Shown here in pieces: positions 35,767-44,336 of a stretch of DNA of 64,000 nucleotides (position 1 is its first letter; each line of letters begins with the position of its first letter). Source of the DNA: Thermodesulfobacteriota bacterium (GTDB taxonomy: Bacteria > Desulfobacterota > Deferrimicrobia > Deferrimicrobiales > Deferrimicrobiaceae). The notes beneath the pieces are model-generated. The model ran no database searches. It worked only from the letters and a program-made list of their open reading frames with translations, and was not told the DNA's origin. The stretch covers positions 5,481 to 69,480 of the forward strand of contig JBFLWB010000144.1 in the NCBI GenBank assembly GCA_040758155.1, read 5' to 3'. The translations under genes were made by a program, and so were the position numbers.

Positions 35767-38130
35767 GTGAAGGCGCTGGACAGGAAGCTGTTCCGGGACC
35801 TGTGGGGGATGAAGGGGCAGGCGCTGGCGATCGCCATGGTCATCGTGAGCGGGGTGGCCACCCTCGTCATTTCCCTGAGCACGCTGGATTCGTTGAGGGA
35901 GTCGCGCGCCGCGTTCTACCGGGACTACCGGTTCGCCGAGCTGTTCGCGTCGCTGAAGCGCGCGCCGGAGTCGCTCGCGGAGGCGATCCGGGCCGTCCCG
36001 GGGCTGGACCGGCTGGAGACGCGCGTCGTGGCGGCGGGGAACCTCGACGTGCCCGGCTTCCCGGAGCCCGTCCGGGCGATGATGATCTCCGTTCCGGGGG
36101 GGAGGGAGCCGGCTCTCAACGCCCTGCATCTCAAGGAAGGGCGCTCCGTGGCGGCGGGCGCGGACGACGAGGCGGTGGTTAGCGACGTCTTCGCCATCGC
36201 GCACTCGCTGAATCCGGGAGACCGCATCGGCGCGGTCGTCAACGGGAAGCGGAAGGAATTGCGGATCGTCGGCATCGGCGTCTCCCCGGAGTTCGTCTAC
36301 CAGCTTGCCCCCGGATCGATCCTGCCCGACTCGAAGCGGTTCGGGCTGCTATGGCTGGACCGGGAGGGGCTGGCCGCCGCGTACGGCATGGAAGGCGCGT
36401 TCAACGACATCGTGGCGACGCTGTCCCCGGGCGCATCGCAGGGGGACGTCCTCCGTCGGCTCGACGCTCTGATCGCATCCTACGGGGGGCTGGGCGCCTA
36501 CGGCCGCGACGACCAGGTTTCCCACCGCTACCTTTCGGAGGAATTCCGGGGGCTGGAGAACATGGCCTCGATCTTCCCCGTCATCTTCCTCGGGGTGGCC
36601 GCCTTCCTGCTGAACGTTTCCGTGAATCGGCTGGTCAGCCTCCAGCGGGACCAGGTCGGGACGCTCAAGGCATTCGGCTGGAGCGACGCCTCCATCGGGG
36701 CGCACTACGTGAAGCTGGTCGCCCTGATCGTCCTTGCGGGGGTCGCAGGCGGGCTTGCGGCCGGGGCGTGGCTCGGCAGGGGGATGACCCGGATGTACAT
36801 GGAATTCTACAGATTCCCCGAGCTCCGTTACGAGCTGCGCCCTTCCGTGGCGGCGGTCGCGGTCCTGGTCAGCGGCGGAGCGGCGCTGCTGGGGGCGTTC
36901 CAGGCCGTGAGGAAGGCGACCCTCCTCCCCCCGGCGGAGGCCATGCGGGCCGAGCCGCCGGAGAGGTACCGTGTGACGTTCCTGGAGCGGCTGGGATTGA
37001 GGCGCTTCCTTTCCCAGCCCGCCCGCATGATCGCCCGGAACATGGGGAGGCGTCCGGTGAAGACCTCCCTCTCGATCCTCGGCATCGGCCTGTCCTGCGG
37101 CATCCTCGTCCTGTCGGGGGTGCAGGGCGACGCGATCCATTACCTGGTCGACGTCCAGTTCCGCCTGGCCCAGCGGGAGGACCTGACCGTCGCTTTCGTC
37201 GAGCCCGCCGCCTCGCGGGCTCTTTATTCGCTGGAAGCCCTGCCGGGAGTCCGTCTCGGCGAGCCGTACCGGACGGTCGCCGCCCGGATCCGGTCCGGCC
37301 CGCGGGAGCGGCGTCTCGCGATCCAGGGGCTCCGGCAGGAGGGACGCCTCCACCGGGTCCTGGACACGCGGCTTCGACCGCTGCGGATGCCCGATTCCGG
37401 AGTCGTCTTTACGGATTACCTCGCCGGCCTCCTCGGCGTCCGTCCGGGGGACCGGGTGACGGTGGAGATCCTGGAGGGAAAGCGGCGGGTGCTCGAGATC
37501 CCCGTCGCCGGGCTGGTCCCCGAGTACGTCGGGGTCAACGCGTACATGGAGATGGACGCCCTCAACCGGCTGCTGGGAGAGGGGGACGTGATCTCGGGGG
37601 CCTACCTGTCGGTGGACCGGGCGGAACGCGCCTTGGTGTACGATGCACTCAAGCGGATGCCCGCGGTGGCTGGCACGATGGCCCAGGAGGACGCGATCCG
37701 GACCTTTTACGAGACGATGGGGGGGACGTTCCTCCTGTTCACCCTCGTCATAACGGCGCTGGCCGGGAGCGTCGCGGTCGGCGTGGTGTACAACAGCGCA
37801 AGGATCGCCCTTTCCGAACGCGCCAGGGAGCTCGCCAGCCTGCGGGTCCTGGGATTCACGCGGGGAGAGATCTCGTTCATCCTGCTCGGAGAGCTCGGCG
37901 CGCTCGTCGCCGCCGGGATCCCCCTCGGGTTCCTCCTGGGGGAGGGGATGGCGAGGTACATTGCGGATGAGCTGAAATCCGACCTGTTCCGGGTCCCTTT
38001 CGTTATGGAGCCGTCCACGTACGGCTTCGCCGCCGCCGTAGTCGTCGCATCCGCGGTCCTGTCCGGCCTCCTGGTGCGCCGCCGCCTCGACCGGCTCGAC
38101 CTCGTGGCCGTGCTGAAGACAAGGGAGTGA
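35767..38130 (+). CDS. ABC transporter permease with duplicated FtsX domains (MacB-like, about 787 aa)
   Basis: Two 4-TM FtsX-type modules separated by large periplasmic domains. The GTG start follows the ATPase stop. Confidence 0.8.
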   Translation: MKALDRKLFRDLWGMKGQALAIAMVIVSGVATLVISLSTLDSLRESRAAFYRDYRFAELFASLKRAPESLAEAIRAVPGLDRLETRVVAAGNLDVPGFPEPVRAMMISVPGGREPALNALHLKEGRSVAAGADDEAVVSDVFAIAHSLNPGDRIGAVVNGKRKELRIVGIGVSPEFVYQLAPGSILPDSKRFGLLWLDREGLAAAYGMEGAFNDIVATLSPGASQGDVLRRLDALIASYGGLGAYGRDDQVSHRYLSEEFRGLENMASIFPVIFLGVAAFLLNVSVNRLVSLQRDQVGTLKAFGWSDASIGAHYVKLVALIVLAGVAGGLAAGAWLGRGMTRMYMEFYRFPELRYELRPSVAAVAVLVSGGAALLGAFQAVRKATLLPPAEAMRAEPPERYRVTFLERLGLRRFLSQPARMIARNMGRRPVKTSLSILGIGLSCGILVLSGVQGDAIHYLVDVQFRLAQREDLTVAFVEPAASRALYSLEALPGVRLGEPYRTVAARIRSGPRERRLAIQGLRQEGRLHRVLDTRLRPLRMPDSGVVFTDYLAGLLGVRPGDRVTVEILEGKRRVLEIPVAGLVPEYVGVNAYMEMDALNRLLGEGDVISGAYLSVDRAERALVYDALKRMPAVAGTMAQEDAIRTFYETMGGTFLLFTLVITALAGSVAVGVVYNSARIALSERARELASLRVLGFTRGEISFILLGELGALVAAGIPLGFLLGEGMARYIADELKSDLFRVPFVMEPSTYGFAAAVVVASAVLSGLLVRRRLDRLDLVAVLKTRE

Positions 38131-38136
38131 CGCCGC

Positions 38137-39327
38137 ATGGCATGGAAAAACAGGATCCTGCCGATCGTCCTGCTCCTATTCGCCGCCCTGTTTCTCCTCT
38201 GGGCGTTCCTGCCGCGTCCGGTTCCCGTGGAGACGGCGAAGGTCGCGCGGGGTCCGTTGAGTGTCGTCGTGGAGGAAGAGGGAAAGACGCGCCTGCGCGA
38301 CCGGTTCGTCGTGTCCGCCCCCGTTTCCGGCTATGTAGAGCGGGTGGACCTCGAAGTCGGGGACCCGGTGAAGAAGGGACAGCCGGTGGCCGCCCTGGAG
38401 CCGCTGCGCGCGGATGCCCTCGATCCGCGGTCCCGGGCCGCCGCCCAGGCCCGCGTCGCGGCCGCGGAGGCGGCGCTGGAGGCCGCGGAGGCGCGCGCAC
38501 GGGAGGCCGCGGCGGCGGACGACTACGCGGGGGAGCTGCTCCGGCGGACCCGCCGGCTCGCGGAGGCGGGGCTCGCGACGAGGGACACGCTGGATCGGGT
38601 CGATTCGGAGGCGCGACGGGCGGCGGCGGCAAAGGCATCGGCGGAAGCGGCGGCGGAGGCCGCGCGGCACGAGGTCGCGCAGGCGCGGGCGATGCTGATC
38701 CGGGGCGGAAAAGGAGCCGGCCCGGGCGGCGAGAAAGTCGTGGTCCGTTCGCCGGCGACGGGTCGTGTGATGGCCGTGGCGCGGGAGAGCGAGGGCGTGG
38801 TGGCGGCGGGTACCCCCCTGATGGTCGTGGGCGATCCCGCCCGGATCGAAGTGGAGGTCGACGTGCTTTCGGCGGACGCCGTCCGGATCGCGGAGGGCAC
38901 CCCGGTGCGCTTCAAGAGGTGGGGAGGCGATGGGGTGCTGGAAGGAAGGGTGCGCCGGGTGGAGCCGACGGGGTTCACGAAGATCTCCGCGCTGGGAGTG
39001 GAGGAGCAGCGGGTGTTCGTGATCGTGGACTTCACCTCCCCCCGGGAGATCTGGGAGAGGATCGGCGACGGCTACCGGCTGGTGGCCGGTTTCGTCCTGT
39101 GGGAGGAGAAGGACGTCCTGCAGGTTCCGGAAGGCGCAGTGTTCCGGAAGGGCGACCGGCACGCCGTTTATGCGGTGGCGGGGGGGCGGGCGAAAGTCCG
39201 CGAGGTGACGATCGGGAAACGGAACGGGTTCGCCGCCCAGGTTCTCTCGGGGCTTACGGAAGGGGAAACGGTGGTCGTCCACCCGGGAGACTCGGTGAGC
39301 GACGGAAGGAAGGTGGCTCCTCGGTGA
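38137..39327 (+). CDS. HlyD/RND-type periplasmic adaptor (membrane fusion protein)
   Basis: An N-terminal TM helix, an Ala-rich coiled coil and the beta-barrel/lipoyl motifs of efflux adaptors. Confidence 0.8.
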   Translation: MAWKNRILPIVLLLFAALFLLWAFLPRPVPVETAKVARGPLSVVVEEEGKTRLRDRFVVSAPVSGYVERVDLEVGDPVKKGQPVAALEPLRADALDPRSRAAAQARVAAAEAALEAAEARAREAAAADDYAGELLRRTRRLAEAGLATRDTLDRVDSEARRAAAAKASAEAAAEAARHEVAQARAMLIRGGKGAGPGGEKVVVRSPATGRVMAVARESEGVVAAGTPLMVVGDPARIEVEVDVLSADAVRIAEGTPVRFKRWGGDGVLEGRVRRVEPTGFTKISALGVEEQRVFVIVDFTSPREIWERIGDGYRLVAGFVLWEEKDVLQVPEGAVFRKGDRHAVYAVAGGRAKVREVTIGKRNGFAAQVLSGLTEGETVVVHPGDSVSDGRKVAPR

Positions 39328-39352
39328 CGGGGATGCGTCCGGCGGATGGCGG

Positions 39353-39721
39353 TCAGCCGCCTGAGGGTTTCGCTTTGAAACCGCGGCGCGAAAGCTCCGC
39401 GAGGATCTTCTCTCGGTGGTCCCCCTGGATCTGGATCGCCCCCTCCTTGACGGTCCCGCCCGTCCCGCAGCAGCGCTTCAGTTCCGCACACAGCTCATTC
39501 AGGGCGTCGCCCGGAAGGGGGATGCCGTCCGCGACGGTGACCGTTTTCCCGCCGTGCCCCTTCGTCTCCCGCCGGACGCGGACGATCCCGTCCCCCTTCG
39601 GAGGCGGGGATTCGCGTCGGCAGGAGCACTTTGCCATCGAGGCGCGGCATTTCGGGCACACAAGACCCCGGTCGGTGGAATAGACGAGCCGGAGATCGTC
39701 GCTTTTCGGAGGACAGGGCAT
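39353..39721 (-). CDS. yciH: Translation initiation factor SUI1/YciH family
   Basis: The C-terminal 108 aa align with E. coli YciH (RLVYST...KGDGIVRVRRETKGHGGKTVTV...CGTGGTVKEGAIQIQGDHREKILAELSRRGFKAK). The longer 454-aa ORF is artefactual. Confidence 0.85.
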   Translation of the reverse strand: MPCPPKSDDLRLVYSTDRGLVCPKCRASMAKCSCRRESPPPKGDGIVRVRRETKGHGGKTVTVADGIPLPGDALNELCAELKRCCGTGGTVKEGAIQIQGDHREKILAELSRRGFKAKPSGG

Positions 39722-39763
39722 CCTATAAATATAACCCGGATCCGTTCCGGCAAGGAGGGGCCC

Positions 39764-40783
39764 ATGAACGCGAGCGGTCTGGAAGCGACGGCAAGGGCGC
39801 TGGTCGCGCCGGGCAAGGGGATCCTGGCCGCGGACGAAAGCGCTCCCACGATCGAAAAAAGGTTCCGGTCCGTCGGCGTCCCGTCGACGGAGCCGAACCG
39901 CCGGGCGTACCGGGAGCTGCTGTTCACGGCACCGGGGGCGGGCGAATACATCGGCGGCGCGATCCTGTACGACGAGACGATACGCCAAGGCGCCTCGGAC
40001 GGCACCCCGTTCCCCGCCGTGCTGTCGCGGCAGGGGATCGTGCCGGGGATCAAGGTGGACGCGGGGGCGAAGCCGCTGGCGGGATATCCCGGGGAGACGG
40101 TCACCGAAGGGCTCGACGGCCTGCGCGCGCGCTTCGCGGAATACAGGGAGCTCGGAGCGCGCTTCGCCAAGTGGCGCGCCGTAATCGAAGTCGGGGACGG
40201 GATCCCGACGGCGTTCTGCATCCGCGCGAACGCGCACGCGCTGGCCCGGTACGCGGCGCTTTCCCAGGAGGCGGGGCTGGTCCCCATCGTGGAGCCGGAG
40301 GTCCTGATGGACGGCGGCCACACGATCGAGCGCTGCGCGGAGGTGACGGAAGCGCTCCTTTCCCGGGTCTACGCGGAGCTGGCGGCCCACCGGGTGCGCA
40401 TCGAGGGGACGCTGCTGAAGCCCAACATGGTGATCGCCGGGAAGAAGTGCCCGGCGCAGGGGGACGCCACCCGGGTCGCGGGGGAAACCGTCCGCGTCCT
40501 GTCGCGGACGGTGCCGCCGGCGGTCCCGGGGATCGTCTTCCTCTCGGGCGGCCAGACGCCCCGGCAGGCGACGGAAAACCTGAACGCCATGAACGCAACG
40601 GGCAGGCACCCCTGGGAGCTCGGCTTCTCCTACGGCCGGGCGCTGCAGGATCCCGTCCTGAAGACGTGGAAAGGGGAGCCCGGGAACGTCGCCGCGGCGC
40701 AGAGGGCTTTTCTGCACCGGGCGCGGCTCAACGGGGCGGCCCGCTCAGGGGTGTACCATCCCCGCATGGAGGAAGCGGAGTGA
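39764..40783 (+). CDS. fba: Fructose-bisphosphate aldolase, class I
   Basis: GKGILAADESAPTIEKRF and the Schiff-base Lys region (IEGTLLKPNMV) of class I FBA. Confidence 0.9.
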   Translation: MNASGLEATARALVAPGKGILAADESAPTIEKRFRSVGVPSTEPNRRAYRELLFTAPGAGEYIGGAILYDETIRQGASDGTPFPAVLSRQGIVPGIKVDAGAKPLAGYPGETVTEGLDGLRARFAEYRELGARFAKWRAVIEVGDGIPTAFCIRANAHALARYAALSQEAGLVPIVEPEVLMDGGHTIERCAEVTEALLSRVYAELAAHRVRIEGTLLKPNMVIAGKKCPAQGDATRVAGETVRVLSRTVPPAVPGIVFLSGGQTPRQATENLNAMNATGRHPWELGFSYGRALQDPVLKTWKGEPGNVAAAQRAFLHRARLNGAARSGVYHPRMEEAE

Positions 40784-43700
40784 CACGGAAAAAGGCGATC
40801 GTCACCCTCGGAGCGTTGTGCATCTTCGTCCTCCTCGGGTTCCTCGCCGTGCCCGCGATCCTGAAGCCGGTATTGCGGAACGCCATCTCCGAGGCGCTCC
40901 ACCGGAAGGCCGAGATCCGCGAGGTCCGCTTCAATCCGTTCTTCCTTTCCGTCTCCATCCGGGGGCTGGAGATCTCCGACCGGGACTCCCCGGAGCGATG
41001 GGTTGCGGCGGAGGAGATCTTCGCGAACCTCCAGGTCGCATCCGTGTATCGCATGGGCCCCGTCCTGAAGGAGATCCGGCTGACGCGGCCGCATGTGCGC
41101 ATCGTCCGTCGCCCGGACGGTACGTACAACTTCTCTGATATTCTGGAAGAAGCATCGAAAAAACCGAAGAAAGAGTCAAAACCTTTAAAGTATTCCTTTA
41201 ACAACATCCAGATCGTCGACGGCAGGGTGGAATTCCTCGACGGGCCGAAAGGCGCGCGGCACGTCGTCGAGGGGATCCAGGTCGCGGTCCCGTTCGTGTC
41301 GAATCTGAAATACGCGGTCGACCGGTACGTCACCCCTTCCTTCGCCGCGGTCGTCAACGGGGACGCGGTGTCCCTGAGAGGGAGGACGAAGCCCTTCCAG
41401 GAGTCGCTAGAGACGGCGTTCGAGATCGACATCGTCGACCTGAGCCTCCCGAGATATCTCGAATACCTTCCCTTCCGGAGGGATTACGAAGTCCCGAGCG
41501 CGCTCCTCGACGTGAAGGCGGTGCTTTCCTTCCGACAGGAGAAGTCGGGGAAGCCCTCCATCCGGGCGGAAGGGTACGCCCAGCTCCGGGACGTGCGGAT
41601 CACCGGCGGCGACAGCAGCCCGATGATCCGCCTGCCGGTGGTGCGCGCCGTCATCGCTCCGGCCGACCTGGCGGCGCGGGAGTTCCGATTCGCCTCCCTC
41701 ACGGTCCGCGATCCGGAACTCGATATCGTCATCGACGGCGGCGGGAGGTTGAACCTGCTCTCGATGGTCCCCGGGAAGGAGGGTACGGCGGCTGGGGAGA
41801 ACGGGGAAAAGGCCGCCGTTTCCGTGGATGCGTTCCGGATCTCCGGCGGGAAGATCCGCTTCACGGACGCCTCCAGGCGGGACGTTTTCCGGACCGCCAT
41901 CGGGGAGCTCAGGATCGATGCGGCCCGCTTGGGCAACGAGGAAGGGAAGGCGGCGGACGTCTCGCTTTCTCTGTCGACGGAGTCCGGGGAGTCCGCGGGG
42001 CTGAAGGGGACTCTGAAGCTCGCCCCGCTCGGCTCGGATGGGACGCTCACCGTCTCGAAGCTTGCGCTGGGGAAGTACGCGCCGTACTACGGAGACGCGA
42101 TCCTGTTCGACGTGATGCAGGGAACGCTCGACCTCCAGGCGGGTTATTCCTTCGCTCAAGGTGCCGAAGGGGCCCGATACCGGGTCCACGGGCTGGGCGC
42201 GACGGTCGAGCGGCTGCGGCTCCGCCGAAGGGACGAGAAGGAGGATTTCCTGGAGGTCCCCAGGTTTTCCCTCAAGGACGGGTCGATCGATCCGGAACGG
42301 AAGGAGATCGCGGCCGGGGAAATCTCGACGGATGGGGGACGGGTCGCGATCCGGCGGGCGAAGGGCGGGGCGATCAACGTGGCCCGCCTGGTTCCCGAAA
42401 CGCCGCCCCCGGCGGATGCGCGCGCGGCGCCGCCGTGGACCGTGACGGCGGGGAAGGTGTCCGTCGGGCGATACCGCGTGGCGTTCGACGACGGCGCGAC
42501 GGATCCTCCCGCGGCGCTGGACTTCGATGAGATGCGCCTCCGGGCGGAGAACGTGACGACCGCGGAGAAGGGGAAGGGCGCGTTCGCCTTCTCCACGAGA
42601 TTCAACCGGGAAGGGACGCTGTCTCTGGGCGGATCCTTCTCCCTGGAGCCGGTCTCGATGGCCGGAAAGCTCCGGGCGAAGACGCTGCCGATCGGCCCGC
42701 TGCAGCCGTACTTCGCCGAGAGCGTGAAGATCCTCCTGACGGGCGGGAGCGTCTCGGCGGACGGGGAGGTGCGGCTCTCCGTCCCGAAAGGCGGGGCGCT
42801 CCAGGCGGCATACCGGGGGGACGCGTCCGTCAACGGCTTCGCCTCCCTGGACAAGGAGCGGGGGGAGGATTTCCTGAAGTTCTCGACGCTGCACTTCGCC
42901 GGGATCGACGTGCGCCACCGGCCGACGAGCGTCGCGATCCGGGACATCGCCCTGACCGATTTCTACTCGCGGCTCATCGTCAACGAGGATGGGACGCTGA
43001 ACGTCCAGGGGATCCTCGTGCATGGAGGGGCGGCGGACAATGCCGCGACGGCCTCCCTGGAGGACACGGCCGCGCGGGACAACGCCGCGGCATCGCCCGC
43101 GGTGCCCGTCCGGATCGACGCCGTGACGCTGCAGGGCGGGGACGTGAATTTCAGCGACCGGTACGTGAAGCCGAACTACAGCGCGAACCTCGTCGAGATC
43201 GGGGGACGGGTGTCCGGACTCTCCTCGGACGAGTCGATGCTCGCGGACGTCGACCTCCGGGGGAAGCTGCAGAACTCGGCCCCCCTGGAGATCCGGGGGA
43301 AGATCAACCCGCTGGCGAAGGATCTGTTCCTGGACCTGAAGGTCGATTTCCGGGACATGGACCTTTCGCCGCTGACCCCGTATTCCGGCCGGTACGCCGG
43401 CTACGCGATCGAGAAGGGGAAGCTGACGCTGAACCTCGCCTACCATATCGAAAAGCGGAAGCTCGACGCCGGGAACAAGGTGTTCATCGACCAGTTCACC
43501 TTCGGGGAGGCGGTGGACAGCCCGGAGGCGACGAAGCTCCCGGTCCGGCTCGCGGTCGCCCTGCTCAAGGACCGCCGGGGGGAGATCCGCCTGGACATCC
43601 CCGTCACGGGCCGGATCGACGATCCGAAGTTCAGCGTGTGGAGGATCGTCTGGCAGGTCGTCGGAAACCTCCTGGCGAAAGCCGCCACCGCGCCCTTCGC

Positions 43701-44298
43701 CCTGATCGGGGCGCTGTTCGGGGGCGGGGGGGAGGAGCTCTCCTACGTCGAGTTCGACCCGGGGAGGTCCGACATCCCGGCTGCCGGCGCGGGGAAGCTG
43801 GCGAACCTCTCGAAGGCGCTGTACGAGCGTCCTTCCCTGAAGCTCGAAATCGCGGGGCACGCGGACCTCGAGCGGGACCGGGAGGAGCTCCGGAATATCC
43901 TTTTCCGGAGGAAGGTCGCCGCGCAGAAGGTGAAGGGGCTCGCGAGGTCCGGGCAGCCGGCGCCCGCGATCGACAACGTGCGCGTCGAACCCGCGGAATA
44001 CCCGAAGTACCTTGAGGGCGCGTACCGGGAGGAGAAGTTCCCCAAGCCGCGGAATGCGCTCGGGATGGTGAAGGGGCTCCCCGCTCCCGAGATGGAGAAG
44101 CTGATGCTGGCGCACATCCGGGTGACGGACGGCGACCTGCGGCAGCTCGCCGTCGAGCGCGCGTCGAGGGTCCGCGACGCGCTGCTCGCGGACGGGAAGG
44201 TGGAGCCCGGCAGGATCTTCCTCGTGGAGCCGAAGGAGCTCGCTCCCGGGAAGAAGGAGAATTTAAGGGACAGCCGGGTCGATTTTTTGATCAAATAA
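40780..44298 (+). CDS. Large DUF748/AsmA-like envelope protein (about 1170 aa)
   Basis: A single N-terminal TM helix is followed by repetitive beta-rich DUF748-type repeats (GGKIRFTD, GGDVNFSD). The GTG start overlaps the fba stop. Confidence 0.7.
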   Translation: MTRKKAIVTLGALCIFVLLGFLAVPAILKPVLRNAISEALHRKAEIREVRFNPFFLSVSIRGLEISDRDSPERWVAAEEIFANLQVASVYRMGPVLKEIRLTRPHVRIVRRPDGTYNFSDILEEASKKPKKESKPLKYSFNNIQIVDGRVEFLDGPKGARHVVEGIQVAVPFVSNLKYAVDRYVTPSFAAVVNGDAVSLRGRTKPFQESLETAFEIDIVDLSLPRYLEYLPFRRDYEVPSALLDVKAVLSFRQEKSGKPSIRAEGYAQLRDVRITGGDSSPMIRLPVVRAVIAPADLAAREFRFASLTVRDPELDIVIDGGGRLNLLSMVPGKEGTAAGENGEKAAVSVDAFRISGGKIRFTDASRRDVFRTAIGELRIDAARLGNEEGKAADVSLSLSTESGESAGLKGTLKLAPLGSDGTLTVSKLALGKYAPYYGDAILFDVMQGTLDLQAGYSFAQGAEGARYRVHGLGATVERLRLRRRDEKEDFLEVPRFSLKDGSIDPERKEIAAGEISTDGGRVAIRRAKGGAINVARLVPETPPPADARAAPPWTVTAGKVSVGRYRVAFDDGATDPPAALDFDEMRLRAENVTTAEKGKGAFAFSTRFNREGTLSLGGSFSLEPVSMAGKLRAKTLPIGPLQPYFAESVKILLTGGSVSADGEVRLSVPKGGALQAAYRGDASVNGFASLDKERGEDFLKFSTLHFAGIDVRHRPTSVAIRDIALTDFYSRLIVNEDGTLNVQGILVHGGAADNAATASLEDTAARDNAAASPAVPVRIDAVTLQGGDVNFSDRYVKPNYSANLVEIGGRVSGLSSDESMLADVDLRGKLQNSAPLEIRGKINPLAKDLFLDLKVDFRDMDLSPLTPYSGRYAGYAIEKGKLTLNLAYHIEKRKLDAGNKVFIDQFTFGEAVDSPEATKLPVRLAVALLKDRRGEIRLDIPVTGRIDDPKFSVWRIVWQVVGNLLAKAATAPFALIGALFGGGGEELSYVEFDPGRSDIPAAGAGKLANLSKALYERPSLKLEIAGHADLERDREELRNILFRRKVAAQKVKGLARSGQPAPAIDNVRVEPAEYPKYLEGAYREEKFPKPRNALGMVKGLPAPEMEKLMLAHIRVTDGDLRQLAVERASRVRDALLADGKVEPGRIFLVEPKELAPGKKENLRDSRVDFLIK

Positions 44299-44336
44299 GC
44301 GCTTGCGAATGAACAAACGATCCGTCAGGAGACGAT

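Noticed and set aside
39353-40717. 454-aa ORF antisense to the aldolase
   Set aside because: Only the C-terminal 122 codons (SUI1/YciH) show homology. The rest overlaps the well-supported class I FBA gene on the other strand.
41407-44115. 902-aa minus-strand ORF
   Set aside because: Antisense to the DUF748/AsmA-like gene; a composition-driven open frame.
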